Below, one piece after another: positions 10,981 to 23,389 of a DNA stretch of 64,000 nucleotides. Positions within the stretch are counted from its first letter, which is position 1. Every line of letters begins with the position of its first letter. This DNA comes from Octopus vulgaris (Eukaryota). A program made the position numbers and the translations under genes. The stretch is from positions 59,334,001 through 59,398,000 of the forward strand of contig OX597828.1 of the NCBI GenBank assembly GCA_951406725.2, given 5' to 3'. The notes beneath the pieces are model-generated. The model did no database searches. It saw only the letters and a program-made list of their open reading frames with translations, and was not told the DNA's origin.

Positions 10981-12299
10981 TATGGAAATACACTGTTGAT
11001 GTTGTTGAAATTCCGATGATGAAGCCTTGGATCTAGGTTAGAAATCTTGAAAGAAAACTGAATAATGACACATACACACACATAAACAGACACACAGACA
11101 CAAACACGCACGCGCGCACACACTCATCCCCGTACACCCACACCAAACCAGACACACCCTTACTCTTACACACACATACACATACACACATATATAATTG
11201 AAATACATGTATTTAAATGCTTGGCACAGTAAACCTACACTTCATTTCATTTAAATATTTAAATAGCCGCGAACAAACTATAAGACTCTGTTCTGAGTGT
11301 AAGGCTTACCTATTTCTTTACGGTTCTGAGTGTAATGCTTACCATTGTGGAAACAGCAGTAAGCCAATGAAAGTGATTTCGTAACTCATGTTCTTTTGTT
11401 ATTCATTAACTTACATACACACACACGCACTCACAAACACTCACACACACGCACACACACGCGCACACACACACACACACACATACACATATCCGTGTAA
11501 GTCGTTTATATTAAATTTAATCTCCAACAATTATTTTATTTATGCACGTAATAATATTTTGCCAAGCGTAAACATTCACCTCTTTCGCTTATTTATTTCA
11601 AATGTTATCTCGATATAAATAGCCTATTTCCATTATTTTCTCTTCAATTTCCTTTTGCTGTATTCTTGTGGTATTTTCATTGTATTATAATACTTTAACA
11701 ATATCAATAGCGTAGTTTCATTGTCAGTTTGATGTAAATTTAACGATTACCTCTACACCTATCTAATATCTGTTGAACCAGACAGAGGTATTCATTGTAC
11801 TTTATTTAAATTCTTATTCTTAGAGTTGAACATAAACTAAATTGCTTCATGGAATCTTAGCGCAGTTTCGTATATTTTACTCTGCATCAACAGTATAACT
11901 GAGATCTAATGTCAGAAGGGATAAACACGGTAGTCGAATGCCATTTACAATTCCGTTTTGTCAATTCTTGTTCCAAAACATTTCAAGATTTGCTCTTACC
12001 TTGGGCAAATTCAAAGAATTTTAGATGCTTAGAAAAAGAATTATAATTGACCCCTTTTGCGCCCAGAAAAGAATACTGGAGCTTAATAGAATCTGAATTT
12101 CAAATCATTTTGGCTATCATGTGGTTTTATTAGAATATATCGTTTTTCTTTAAGAAATTTGCTTGGAAGCAATTAAAAATGTATATTTAAAGTAGTTATT
12201 TACATTTGTTTGAAGTTACTAGTTATATTCTATCTAAAATAAACAAGGAGTCGTGTTTAACATTCAACATGAAGTTTTCACTCTATCTCTCGGCCACCT

Positions 12300-12670
12300 G
12301 CCAATGTTCCAAAACAATGATGTTGAATCAGTGATGTCTGGTGGTGCTGAACCAGTCCAGTGATGACATGACAGTGTTGTTTGAAGAATCGGTTAAGTCT
12401 GATGATGATGCTATTGTTAAGGAGCTTCATCAACTGCTCAAGTTTCAACTAGCTTGAATTGAAAGAAACCTCTCAGAATTTACTCCATTGTAGATCCAAC
12501 ATTATGCCTTATTGTTGCAGAATACATGGCAAATTAATGCTGGTTATTCGTTGACAGTTCCAAGAAGAATTTGAAATGTATTCTTTTCACACGATAGCAA
12601 TAAAATTGGTTCAATTTCATTTGGTTATTCTTTCAATATGAAAGAAGAGCGAGAGACAATCCCTCCAGTC
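12300..12670 (+). pseudogene. Probable Chapaev (CMC) transposase relic
   Basis: Degenerate translation WLFVDSSKKNLKCIL...SNKIGSISFGYSFNMKEE resembles the Chapaev-type motif WRLFIDSSKxSLKxVLLHNGN. Recognised from memory, not searched. Confidence 0.5.
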
Positions 12671-13364
12671 TATGGGAAAGTGACGTATTTATATTATCAA
12701 CGTGTCGAAATAAAGACAGTGAACCTTTTCATTGGCAGTAAAATTACGTCACAAACTGTCCATACCTTTTATGTCTTTGAAACAACAGAATCAAATATGA
12801 CCCCTGGATAAGAAGAAAATGGCTTTGACAAGATATAACTGTTGCAAAAAAACCCCAAAATGCGTCAGCAATGAATCATGGTTGACGCACAAAAGAAATC
12901 CTCCATATGAAATTATTTCTTATCAAGTGAAATAAATTGTAAAGACTATGAACAGAGAGGGTTTCTGTTTAGAGTAATTACGCAGTAAATTATGCAAAAA
13001 CACCCATACAATGGATTTTTGATGATCTCTCTTTTATATATATATAAAAAACACATTGCATAGATTCAGTTAACAACACTGAGCCCTGTGCATGATGTTC
13101 GTTTGTTCTAGTTGTCAAAACTTTGCTTGCAACTATAAGAGAAACGTACTCTGAATTAGTAGTTTAATGATTTTGGTTGTAGCACATGAAAAACTATTAT
13201 GTCCACAGTCACTTAGTTCGATTTACAGAAAGAAAGGCAATCTAAACGAAGTGGAAGATGAGAGATTTAAAAAAATAAGCAATGAAAGGTGAGATAAACA
13301 CATGATGATAAATTGGAACTTCCGCAAGCCTGTCCAGGTAAATCGAAATCATGATAGTCCAATA

Positions 13365-13772
13365 TTCTTTTATTCTTTTACTTGTTTCAGTCATTTTGAC
13401 TGCGGCCATGCTGGAGCACCGCCTTTAGTCGAACAAACCGACCTCAGGACTTATTCTTTGTAAGCCAAGTATTTATTCTATCGGTGTCTTTTGCCAAATC
13501 GTTAAGTCATGGTTACGTAAACGCACTTCCATAGGTTGTCAAGCGAAAGTGGGAGGACAAGCACAGACACGCAAACATGTACACACACACATACACACAC
13601 ATATACATGATGAGCTTCTTTCAGTTTCCGTCTACCAAATCCACTCACAAGGCTTTGGTCGGCCCGAGGCTATAGTAGCAGACACTTGCCCTAGGTGCCA
13701 CGCAGTAGGACTGAACCAGGAACCATGTGGTTGGTAAGCAAGCTACTTACCACACAGCCACGCCTGCACCTA
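13365..13772 (-). mobile_element. SINE family A
   Basis: Colinear similarity to 6118-6522. Confidence 0.8.
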
Positions 13773-14956
13773 TAGAAGAATAGTCATATGAACTCAATAA
13801 CTGGTCTTGTTTAATATGTATTTTGAGTTATAATGAATATAGATTCTAATCCGACGCACTGTGAACTTTTATCGTTTTTCTTATCCTTTCTTTTGCGTGT
13901 TTCAGGCATTAGACTGCAGCCATGTTGGGGCACCGCCTGGAAGCATTTTTGTCTAACGAATCGACCCCATTATTTATTCTTTATTTTTTTTAGCCTGGTA
14001 CCCTTTCTATCGGTCGATTTCGTCGAACTGCCAGGTTACGTGGATGTAAACACACCAACACCGGTTGTCAAGCACTGGAGGAAGCGAAACACAAACACAT
14101 ACCGATTTGATGAAAGGCAAAGTCGAGCTTGGCGGAATTTGAACTCAGAACGTAACGGCAGACGAAATACGGCTGCGCATTTCGCCCAGCGTGCTGACGA
14201 TTCTGCTTTTGTATCAAATAACAGTTCATTAATTAATTTGAAGTGAGAAGGAAAACTGAAGCAATTTTTGAAATTATCGTGCACAATATTTTCATGAGTA
14301 CGTCCAAAATTCGTGTTCATCAGTGATTACGTATAAAAATTTTGTGTATATATTTTATAATTATTTAATGTTCATTCACTGTATTCCACACGTTTAATTA
14401 TGTCCATATGACCTCTATTTTATCACTTTCCTATGACGGAAAGCTTAAAGCAACTTAGGAACAATTTGTAATTCTAATTTGATCACAGTAAGCAAAAATC
14501 TCCTAATTATACATCTTTCACGAACTGTATAATTAATACTCAAAATTTCTGCAACCGTCTCGAATTAGATTAAACATGTTAAAGTTATAATTATGCGGAG
14601 TTGCGAAGTCAATAAGAATTTCTACCCAGTTTATATTTACGTTAAAAAGCGTTACACCACGAATATACTTGATAGCAAACAGAGTTAATTATACTTTGGA
14701 AAAGTTCGTCTGACTACATTGGTTTTGCTACATGGAACATCTTAAAACATTCTGGAATCAAAGTGGGAAATTTCCTTTGAATGAAAATAAGTTCTGATAC
14801 CGTCCTTTTGAATTTGCTATTACGTTTCTTCTACCAATCAGAGTTTGAAAAGAAAAGAATAAAATTGAAAAGCATGATAAGTGTTTCATTTTCACGAATG
14901 TCTATATTTCGATTCAAGCACCGGACATAATCAAGTTTAATATTAATTTTACACAA

Positions 14957-15360
14957 GGCGACTTGCTGGCGGAAACGTTAGCACACCGGGCCAAATGCTT
15001 AGCGATATTTCGTCTGCCGTTACGTTCTGAGTTCAAATTCCGCCGTGGTCGACTTTGCTTTTCATCCTTTCGGGGTCGATAAATTAATTACCAGTTACGC
15101 ACTGGGGTCGATGTAATTGACTTAATCTGTTTGTCTGTCCTTGTTTGTCCTCTCTGTGTTTAGCCCCTTGTGGGTAGTAAAGAAATAAAAATTGGTATTT
15201 CGTCTGTCTTTACGTTCTGAGTTCAATTTCTGCCGAGGTCGTATTTGCCTTTCATCCTTTCGGGGTCGATAAAATAAGTACCAGTTGCGTACAGGAATCG
15301 ATCTAATCGACTGGCCTCCTTCCCCCAAATTTCGGCCCTTGTACCTAAAGTAGGAAGGAA
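14957..15360 (+). mobile_element. SINE family B dimer
   Basis: Head gctggcggaaacgttagcac, gagttcaaattcc B box, and two Meta-like domains. Confidence 0.8.
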
Positions 15361-15579
15361 TATTAATTTTACATCTACCTTGATATTTCCATTCGCCTAA
15401 AATAATTTCTTGGCGAATACATTCACTTTTTTTTCCATAAAAAGTACTTTTAACGTTGTTATGCAAAGTAATCACAATAAAAATACTAGAAGTAGATTTT
15501 CACATATCCTCTGGATTTGATGAAATATTAGATCTGTTCGAACTTCATTATTGTTTTCTGTATCTTTTATAATATATCG

Positions 15580-15702
15580 GCCGGAGCCGTGTGGAGCTTA
15601 GGTGTTTCGCTCATAAACACACACATCGCCCGGTCTGAGATTCGAATCCGCGATCCCTCGACCGCGAGTCCGCTGCTCTAACCACTAGGCCATGTACCTC
15701 CG
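15580..15702 (-). mobile_element. SINE family C-related head fragment
   Basis: Minus strand reads ggaggtacatggcctagtggttagagc...ggattcgaatctc. Confidence 0.65.
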
Positions 15703-16429
15703 GAGCGTGAGTTACCTGAACACAATCGCCACTATACTGCAGCTCATTGGGCCATCAAGATTTATGCTTAGCGGTGATCTGCAATTTTCTGATATTAGAG
15801 AACTTTCATCAAAACGGTTTAAAACCTTATTTCTGTAATCCAATTAGCTTGCTGGACAACGGTATAGCGAAAGCATGCGATGATTAAATATTAAGTGGTG
15901 CAGTACATAGTGGAGGTGAGTTCAATCTTTCTATGTGTGCGGTTGAGTGAAAAAATTGTTCAAGACAACTGTAGATCATATAAATTATTTAGTTTTCTGT
16001 AAAACAACGTAAACCATTATTCACTTTTCTATAACCATGAAATAACTTTAAAGCAATATTTAACTTCAGGTAGAAATGTAAGTCTATGACGTAGTTTATA
16101 AAATCTTTTTCAAGAGCTACACTGTCATTATGGTCGTAGCTTATTCCAGTTTAAGCTATTCAGAGTGTAAGATACCCACTTGAACGGGATATTTATACAT
16201 CATAGAATTAATAGCAATGACTGCTGGTACAGATTTTCTGCAAACTGAACTCGAGAAAATAGCATACAGTCCTGTTCAAGAATCGATCTCCATTCTTAAC
16301 TATTAAATCACACGTCTTCGTGTAATACAGTTGGGACTCGCACTTGTAAAATATATTACATACGAGAGAGTCTACTGATTTAGCATGTAGAGTCCTTCTT
16401 TCAGAGAATTAATAATATATATAATCCTA

Positions 16430-16635
16430 ATGCGGCGAGCTAGTAGAGTTGTTAGTGCATCGGCCAAAAGGCTTAGCGACATTTCGTTCGTCGTTACATT
16501 CTGAGTTCAAATGCCGCCGTGGTCCAATTTGCCTCCCATCGTTTCAGAGTCGATAAAAAAAGTACCATTTGAACACAAGGGTCGATGTAATCTTCTTCCA
16601 AAACTGCTGGCCTTGTACCACAATTTGAAACTAAT
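16430..16635 (+). mobile_element. SINE family B, diverged
   Basis: gcggcgagctagtagag head, ctgagttcaaat B box and aatttgaaac tail. Confidence 0.7.
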
Positions 16636-17279
16636 ATATATTATATTCTTCGATAATTATATTTCTAAGTTTTGAAACAACGAATACATTTTTAGTGACA
16701 TCATCTTATATACAGTGTAAGAATGGAATCCAGTTTCATGCAAGATTAAAATTCACTGTTCAATAGAATTCTGTTTTCTGTAATCCTAAACGTCTTACGT
16801 AAGAAATTCTCATTCTTAGAGAATGGAATAAAAGAAATTGTCATCTTCTGTGCAGCCAAAGACGTAATACAAACTGATTACTCTTATGTATTTGAATCCG
16901 AGATTACACAGCAACTACACGAAGAAATTGTTAGCCTTTCTTTCGTTTGACGCATCGTAAATTTGTATCATTAATATGCTGTTTTCTAACTGCAAAATTG
17001 AAATATGAAATTTTCTCCACATCCCGTATTTGAATTACGTCACAGCAAAATTAACTCTCAATAACAATAGAATGACTAAGCGATGCGTTATGGCACTTGG
17101 TGGAAATTGAAGAAATATTATGACAATGAAATTTTACGCTAAATGTGCTTTGAATAAAGTGATTATGATCGTTACATTGTATACCCGGGGAGAGAAACAT
17201 GGCACATTGCGTAATATATTAGAACTTGGGAGCTACTCGGCCATACGTGAATTCCGATTAAAAACAGGGAATGTGCATA

Positions 17280-17439
17280 AGCACAGGTGTGACTGTGTAG
17301 TAAGAAGTTTGGTTCCCATCCACATGAATGGCACTATGTGACAGCTTTTGTGATGCCTTCTATTATGGCCCAGGGTCAAGCAAGGTCAAGGAAAGTCTTG
17401 TCAGTGAATGTAGTAGACGGAAACTTAAAGAAGCCGTCG

Positions 17440-17507
<68 letters not shown>

Positions 17508-17730
17508 CACATGTGTGTGTGTGTGTGTGTGTGTGCGCGCGCTGTGTGTGCGTGTGTGTGTTCGTGTGTGTTAATGTCTTCGTTTTTGTCCACCAGCTCC
17601 ACCGCTTGACAACCACTGTTGTTTACATCCTTGTACATTAGCGGTTCGGCAAAAAAGACCGATAGGATAAGTATCAGACTTAAAAAAATAAATAAGTACT
17701 TGGGTTGATTCATTCAACTAAAAATTCTTC
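17280..17730 (+). mobile_element. SINE family A, diverged, 3' end interrupted by the LINE
   Basis: gtagacggaaact...(TCTA)n(TG)n...gcttgacaacc...cattcaactaaaaattcttc, then an abrupt switch to LINE sequence. Confidence 0.7.
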
Positions 17731-17739
17731 GCTTCGGCA

Positions 17740-19248
17740 GTATATTCTCCACATCGTACAAATGATGTACCGCTCACGGCGACGCTGGAGAGAGTAGAGT
17801 TTCAAGGCTTTAAGGCGATCCCAATAATCGAGAGTAGCCATGCCTTCAATTCGTTTAGTGAGTACCCTCTGGTGATTCAATCCTCGAAATGTTTTGTCTT
17901 GTATGGGGAGACCACAGTGGGCAGCAGTATTCGATGTGTGGCCGTACAAAGGAGGAGAAAAAAGTGGTATGATGACACATTCTTCTCTGGACCGGAAAGT
18001 TCTTAAGATCCAGGAACTCATCCTACGAGCTATATCGACCTCCAACTGAGATCGTCATCAACAATTACACTCAGGTCTCTGATATTGTTAGAGGCTGTGA
18101 GCGGTTCCCCTGAAGGAAGAGAGTATGGCTGTTTTAGTGAGGAATTTCTTCCAAAAAGCATCAGCTCAAATTTTCCCTCGTTCAGTTGCATTTTGTTTCT
18201 ATCTGACTCACAGCATATAGATCAGACTGGAGTTGAGTTCGGTCTGTTTCTTCATTGACGATTTGCTGGAGCTTAGTGTCATCAGCAAATATTTTCACTT
18301 TGCAGTAAAGTACGACACTGGAAAGCTCGTTTATGTAAATTATGAAGAGTAGCGGACCCAAGACAGTCCCCGGGGGACACCGCTGGTGACATTTGCTGGG
18401 CTTGAGTGGACTCCATCAACTACAACATGTTGTGTTCTATTCACCAGGAAATACTTAATCCAGTGTAGAACTTTTCCACGGATTCCAACATTTGCCAATT
18501 TTGAGAGTAGGATATTATGGTCTACCCTGTCGAACGCTTTACTGAAGTCAAGATATATGACGTCAGAGTTTGAACCTGTTCCCAAGGCTTTGAGTACATC
18601 TTCAAAGTGGCGTAAGAGCTGTGTTAGACAGTCCCTGCCACAGCGAAAGCCATGCTGATTTGCATTTAGGAGTTTGTGGGTCTCCAGGAAGTCAGCTATC
18701 CTTGATCTTAACACTCTTTCAAACACTTTAATGATGTGGGAGGTGAGTGAGATTGGGCGATAGTTGACTGCGGGGGTTCTGTTTCCCTGTTTGAAAACCG
18801 GGATGACTGACTGGGATAGAAACTGTTTCGGTATATAACCTGCATCTAACGAATTTCTCCAGATGTTGGTCAGAGGGACTGCAAGTTGGTGTCTACATTC
18901 CTTCAGGAGACTAGCGGGGAATCTATCAGGGCCTACAGCAGAGTAGTGTTTGACCTCATTTATTGCTGCTACGATGTCAGTGGCAGTGAAGGTTATGTCT
19001 GAGATTTTATGTTGGGAGTCAACTTCATTCGCTTCTCTTACGTCAATATCAGTGGGAACACTAAATACAGAGCAGTATTGTTTCTGCAGTATTTCTGCCA
19101 TTTCTTCAGCATCGTGTTGGGGAATGCCGTTATCATCAATCAATGGCCCAATGGGTGAGACAGTGGTTCTATGCCTATTTGCATAAGAATAGAACACTTT
19201 TGGGTTCTGTTTGATATTTTTGATTACCCACTGTTCTTTGATTTTCAA
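17740..19248 (-). pseudogene. LINE ORF2 reverse transcriptase, split by frameshifts
   Basis: ORF 18340-19248 carries RT motifs 0-4. FADD and the thumb continue in other frames down to ~17740. Confidence 0.85.
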
Positions 19249-19590
19249 TGGAGGTTTTCATGTCGGTCTGCAGATGAAATTTTTCCAGCTCTAGCCTTTT
19301 CATTGTTGTTGAATGTGGATGTTGTATGTGGGAATATTTTAATTGGTTGATTTTTTTGTTGAGTCTTTTAATGCGCCTGATGAATGTTTTTATCTTTTTA
19401 GGGAGCCGGTTTCTGTTTGTGTTAGTAGATTTTGTGGGAGCGTGTTTAGAGCATGTATAGGTGACAATGTTTTCAAAGTGCTGCCATGCGGTCTCAATAT
19501 GGGTGGAATTGAGAGTAAAGACCAGTCGATGAAAGACAGATCCTTTCTGATTGCTCCCCAGTCCGCTTTGTGGAAGTTTATGTTGTCAAA

Positions 19591-20397
19591 TTAGTGCCAT
19601 GGAGTAGGATTGGCTGGTTTGGTTTTTATATGTCGGGAATTAAAATTGCAGAGTACCATGTCGTGGTCTAAGAGGAGAGTTTTTTCAACTGAAATACTGT
19701 GAGCGAAGCTAGAGTGACTGGTCAATATCAGATCCAAGATCGTTTTATTCTGTCTCGTTGGTTCGAGCACTAGCTGAGTCAGGAAGTATTTATCCATTAG
19801 ATTAAAGAGCAGTTCTGCTGCTGCTCTATCTGATGTAGAGCATTTGCCTAACTTCAGAGTATTTGTGGGCCAGTTCACATGAGGGAGGTTAAAATCACCC
19901 ATCACTAGTATGTTTCCGGAGTTGTACTTCCGAAGGAAGGACTTGACTTTGCTAAGGCACTCTTCAAAGCATTTTAGAGGTGCTTGGGGAGGCCTGTAAA
20001 GACCAAAAATGATTATGTCCTTTGCCTTGCTGAATAGTGATACAGATTCACAGTAGCCATTGGAAAATATGTCCTTTGCATCAAGTGAAAAGGAGTCATG
20101 GATAAAGATGGCTGTCCCTCCCTTATTTCGGTCTGTGCGATCCGAACGAACAATGGTGAAATCATTTATTTTCACCTCGGCGTCCATATGGGTGTTGTTC
20201 AGGTGAGTCTCAGTAAGGTTAAAGAAAGGGAAGCAATGTGCCGTTTCGGCAAGCCAACTCTCTATATATGGGATCTTCCATTTTTGGGCAATAATTGATG
20301 GGTTGATGCCACGTACATTTAACAGGAATGTCGAGGTAAGGGAAGTTTGATGTTTGCATTGTTTTAAGTTATGTTTTATGTTGTTCAGTGGTAACAA
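19591..20397 (-). pseudogene. LINE ORF2 apurinic-like endonuclease fragment
   Basis: EEP-family motifs N, E, Y, GDFN, D and DH. Premature stop at 19591. Confidence 0.85.
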
Positions 20398-20539
20398 TGT
20401 GGGTAGTTCTTGTATGGAGCTGTGTGTGTATGATTATCTTGTTGGTAGTGGGTGTGTGGTCCTTGTGATTTGCATAGGTGGTTGCTGATAGCTCGTTGGA
20501 TCTCCTGGCTTAGGTCGGCCTTCATAGTTTCTAGGTAAG

Positions 20540-21457
20540 TCAGTAAAAAGAGTTACCTCCTTGGTTTGCCACTTGGTCAGAGGATACATAGTTCATGTTT
20601 ATGTTATTTGGTGTTATGGTTTTTTCATGGTTCTGTCTTCGTTGTTTGATTGTAGGAGGGGAAACGTGGTTGTATTTTGTTTTTGTTGTTGTCGTAGATC
20701 TCTGTTGCTGTTTATATTTATTTTGCGATCGTTTTGTGCCCTTCAGATGGTGGTGGTTGCATTCTGGGTTCAGGCACATCCTTAGTGACACAAAAGTTTG
20801 CCACAGTTTAGGATGGAAGAAGGTGCATCCATATTTGGGATCAGGACCATGGACTCTGTATTTAGGACAGTATTTGGGGTGAAGGTGAGGGCAGTTTTTT
20901 CCCGTTATACCATATGGACAGGTGCCCTTAACAAGTCTACGACATAAGGTAGGATGGAAAAAAGCACAGCGTCCCTTGTTGTTGGTGCCGCTGGGGCCAA
21001 ATCTACAGTTGCCTTGAGAGTAGTAACGGCAGGGTGTTTGATGTGGGTGTAGTAGTGGTTTTTCTATTCTGGCAGGCTCCTTGGTCCGTGGTCCTATTGT
21101 AGTAGCAGTTGCAGAGTGTTGTTGTTGTTGTTGTTGTTGTTGCTGTAGCAGCAGTGGAACTTGACTTGCAACAGTAGTGCTGGGTGGAATCGGGTCAGAT
21201 ACTGGTGCTAAACAAGGTGCTTCCAATGTAGTAGCAGAAGTAGGCTGTTGTTGTCGTGATAGTGAGTCCTGGCTTGCCAAGGTCGTGATGGGTGGAATTA
21301 GGTCAGATGTTTGTTGCTGGCTATCGGGTTGTTGAAGTGACCCCTGACCTGTTGGAGTTGGGTCATTTGGTGCACTACATTCATTGACAAGGATGGCTTC
21401 TAGTGTTGCCATGTGTGTGTAGAAAATAGGAAATGTTCTTACAATCTCTGCACACAT
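20540..21457 (-). CDS. LINE ORF1 fragment: Q/P/T-rich region plus tandem CCCH zinc fingers
   Basis: C-x7-C-x12-C-x3-H and C-x7-C-x8-C-x3-H are intact. Two further degenerate fingers end in CTFFH and CNHHH. The polyQ comes from (CAA)n. Confidence 0.7.
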   Translation of the reverse strand: MCAEIVRTFPIFYTHMATLEAILVNECSAPNDPTPTGQGSLQQPDSQQQTSDLIPPITTLASQDSLSRQQQPTSATTLEAPCLAPVSDPIPPSTTVASQVPLLLQQQQQQQQQHSATATTIGPRTKEPARIEKPLLHPHQTPCRYYSQGNCRFGPSGTNNKGRCAFFHPTLCRRLVKGTCPYGITGKNCPHLHPKYCPKYRVHGPDPKYGCTFFHPKLWQTFVSLRMCLNPECNHHHLKGTKRSQNKYKQQQRSTTTTKTKYNHVSPPTIKQRRQNHEKTITPNNINMNYVSSDQVANQGGNSFY

Positions 21458-22194
21458 ATATATCTATGTATATGCTTTTCATAACCGCTTGACAACCGGT
21501 GTTAATGTATTTACGTCCCCGCATAGCGATTCGTATAGCAGAATAAGTGTCAGGTTAAAAAAAAAATGCATTGGGGTCGAGTCATTCAACTAAAAATTCT
21601 TCAAGGCGGTGCCCCAGCATGGTCACAGTCTCATGACTGCAGCAAATAATAGACATATGATAAAAGATATTCTGATTTTATTTTCATTTCCCTTTTATCA
21701 TCGAGCAAGGCGCTACAACGTAACATAATATTCATTGTAGATTAAATGTTTTGGCTAACGGACTAAACCTAACTCCAAGCAGATAACTGCTGAGGAAAAT
21801 TCAAAATATATCAACAACGTTACTATTTGTAAATATGTCGATATGGACTATTTTTCCCCATATAAAATGCTGCACCAAAACAAGTACAAAAAAGAAACAG
21901 AAATATACAAGAACTGATAAAAAAAAATACAAAACAAAACAGAAATACGGTTTGTAGATTTTGTAGATTCATTTCTGACGCATGTTGAGCTCATATTATC
22001 GCTTGGATTGACCGGAAATTAAATTGCTAGGTCAATAAGCTGTTGCCACCAATCAAAGAGAAACTATAAATTATGAACACAAATAAATCAAAACAAAATA
22101 AGGAACTGATGATCTTCATGGACTTTATATCCTGTTTATAATCATCTTTTACTCCAAGGAAAAATAATCTTAGGCTTCAACGTCGCCGCTGCTG

Positions 22195-22230
22195 TCTTCT
22201 TCTTCTTCCCTCTTCTTCTTCTTCTTCTTC

Positions 22231-22264
<34 letters not shown>

Positions 22265-22455
22265 TTCTTCTTCCCTCTTCTTCTTCTTCTTCTTCTTCTT
22301 CTTCTTCTTCTTCTTCTTCTTCTTCTTCTTCTTCTTCTTCTTCCTTCTTCTTCTTCTTCTTCTTCTTCTTCTTCTTCTTCTTCTTCCCTCTTCTTCTTCT
22401 TCCTCTTCTTCTTCTTCCTCTTCTTCTTCTTCCTCTTCTTCTTCTTCCCTCTTCT

Positions 22456-22487
<32 letters not shown>

Positions 22488-22573
22488 TTCTTCTTTTTCT
22501 TCTTCTTCTTCTTCTTCCCTCTTCTTCTTCTTCTTCTTCTTCTTCTTCTTCTTCTTCTTCTTCTTCTTCTTCT

Positions 22574-22608
<35 letters not shown>

Positions 22609-22618
22609 TTCCTCTTCT

Positions 22619-22650
<32 letters not shown>

Positions 22651-22916
22651 TTCTTCTTCTTCTTCTTCTTCTTCTTCTTCTTCTTCTTCTTCTTCTTCTT
22701 CTTCTTCTTCTTCTTCTTCTTCTTCTTCTTCTTCTTCTTCTTCTTCTTCTTCTTCTTCTCTTCTTCTTCTTCTTCTTCTTCTTCTTCTTCCCCTCTTCTT
22801 CTTCTTCTTCTTCTTCTTCTTCTTCTTCTTCTTCTTCTTCTTCTTCTTCTCCTTCTTCCCTCTTCTTCTTCTTCTTCTTCTTCTTCTTCTTCTTTTTCTT
22901 CTTCTTCTTCTTCTTC
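22195..22916. repeat. ~720-bp (CTT)n polypyrimidine tract with phase slips
   Basis: Direct inspection. Confidence 0.95.
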
Positions 22917-23104
22917 ATATAGTTGTGTCGCTTTACACTCTGAATTCTCATCAGTATGGAATGGTTTTACTTTACATCATTCAGGGATATGTGTATATAC
23001 ATACATACATGCATACATACATACATACATACATACATACGTTTATGTATGTATGTATGTATGTATGTATGTATGTATGTATGTATGTATGTATGTATGT
23101 ATGC

Positions 23105-23152
<48 letters not shown>

Positions 23153-23310
23153 GATGGTTTGTTGTCAACTTAATGTGGCAGTCCCAGGAAAGGGAAGAAT
23201 GCTACTGCTATTTAGCCCTAGGAAACATCGTTTCCAGTTGGCTATGACACAAGCATTCTGCGTTCTTAAATTTTCAAGCAAGGGAGATAAGCACTACTTC
23301 CACCCAGCAA

Positions 23311-23352
23311 CCGGAGACTAGTTTCAGAGTCATTACTCTTCATCAGTCTGAA
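23311..23352 (-). ncRNA. Type I hammerhead ribozyme motif with canonical core
   Basis: Minus strand: tcaga-CTGATGA-agagt(aatg)actct-GAAAC-ta-GTC-tccgg. Enclosed by a perfect 12-bp inverted repeat (23282-23293/23377-23388). Confidence 0.75.
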
Positions 23353-23389
23353 GTACCTTGGCTTGCTAGCTGTCGATGCTTATCTCCCC

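Larger units (their letters stand above)
17731..21457 (-). mobile_element. CR1/L2-group LINE (ORF1 with CCCH fingers, APE, RT), frameshifted, truncated at both ends
   Basis: Colinear minus-strand ORF fragments. APE motifs LNVRGI, LTETHL, GLYRPP, GDFN, LDLIL and DH. RT motifs NYRPISL, YLDFSKAFDRV, SGVP and KIFADDTK (~18280). C-terminal LDYWDRLKALKLYSLQRRRERY. Confidence 0.9.

Noticed and set aside
11005-11055. Hammerhead-like CCGATGA...GAAA in an R4-type tail
   Set aside because: Stem II register is off and there is no stem I/III or NUH in position.
17711-21602. 20-bp TSD (cattcaactaaaaattcttc) around the LINE
   Set aside because: Both occurrences are internal SINE A sequence in two separate diverged SINE copies, and the right one is ~130 bp from the LINE end.
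22142-22951. 269-aa K/E/R-rich ORF
   Set aside because: Pure translation of the (GAA)n tract with phase slips; no coding complexity.
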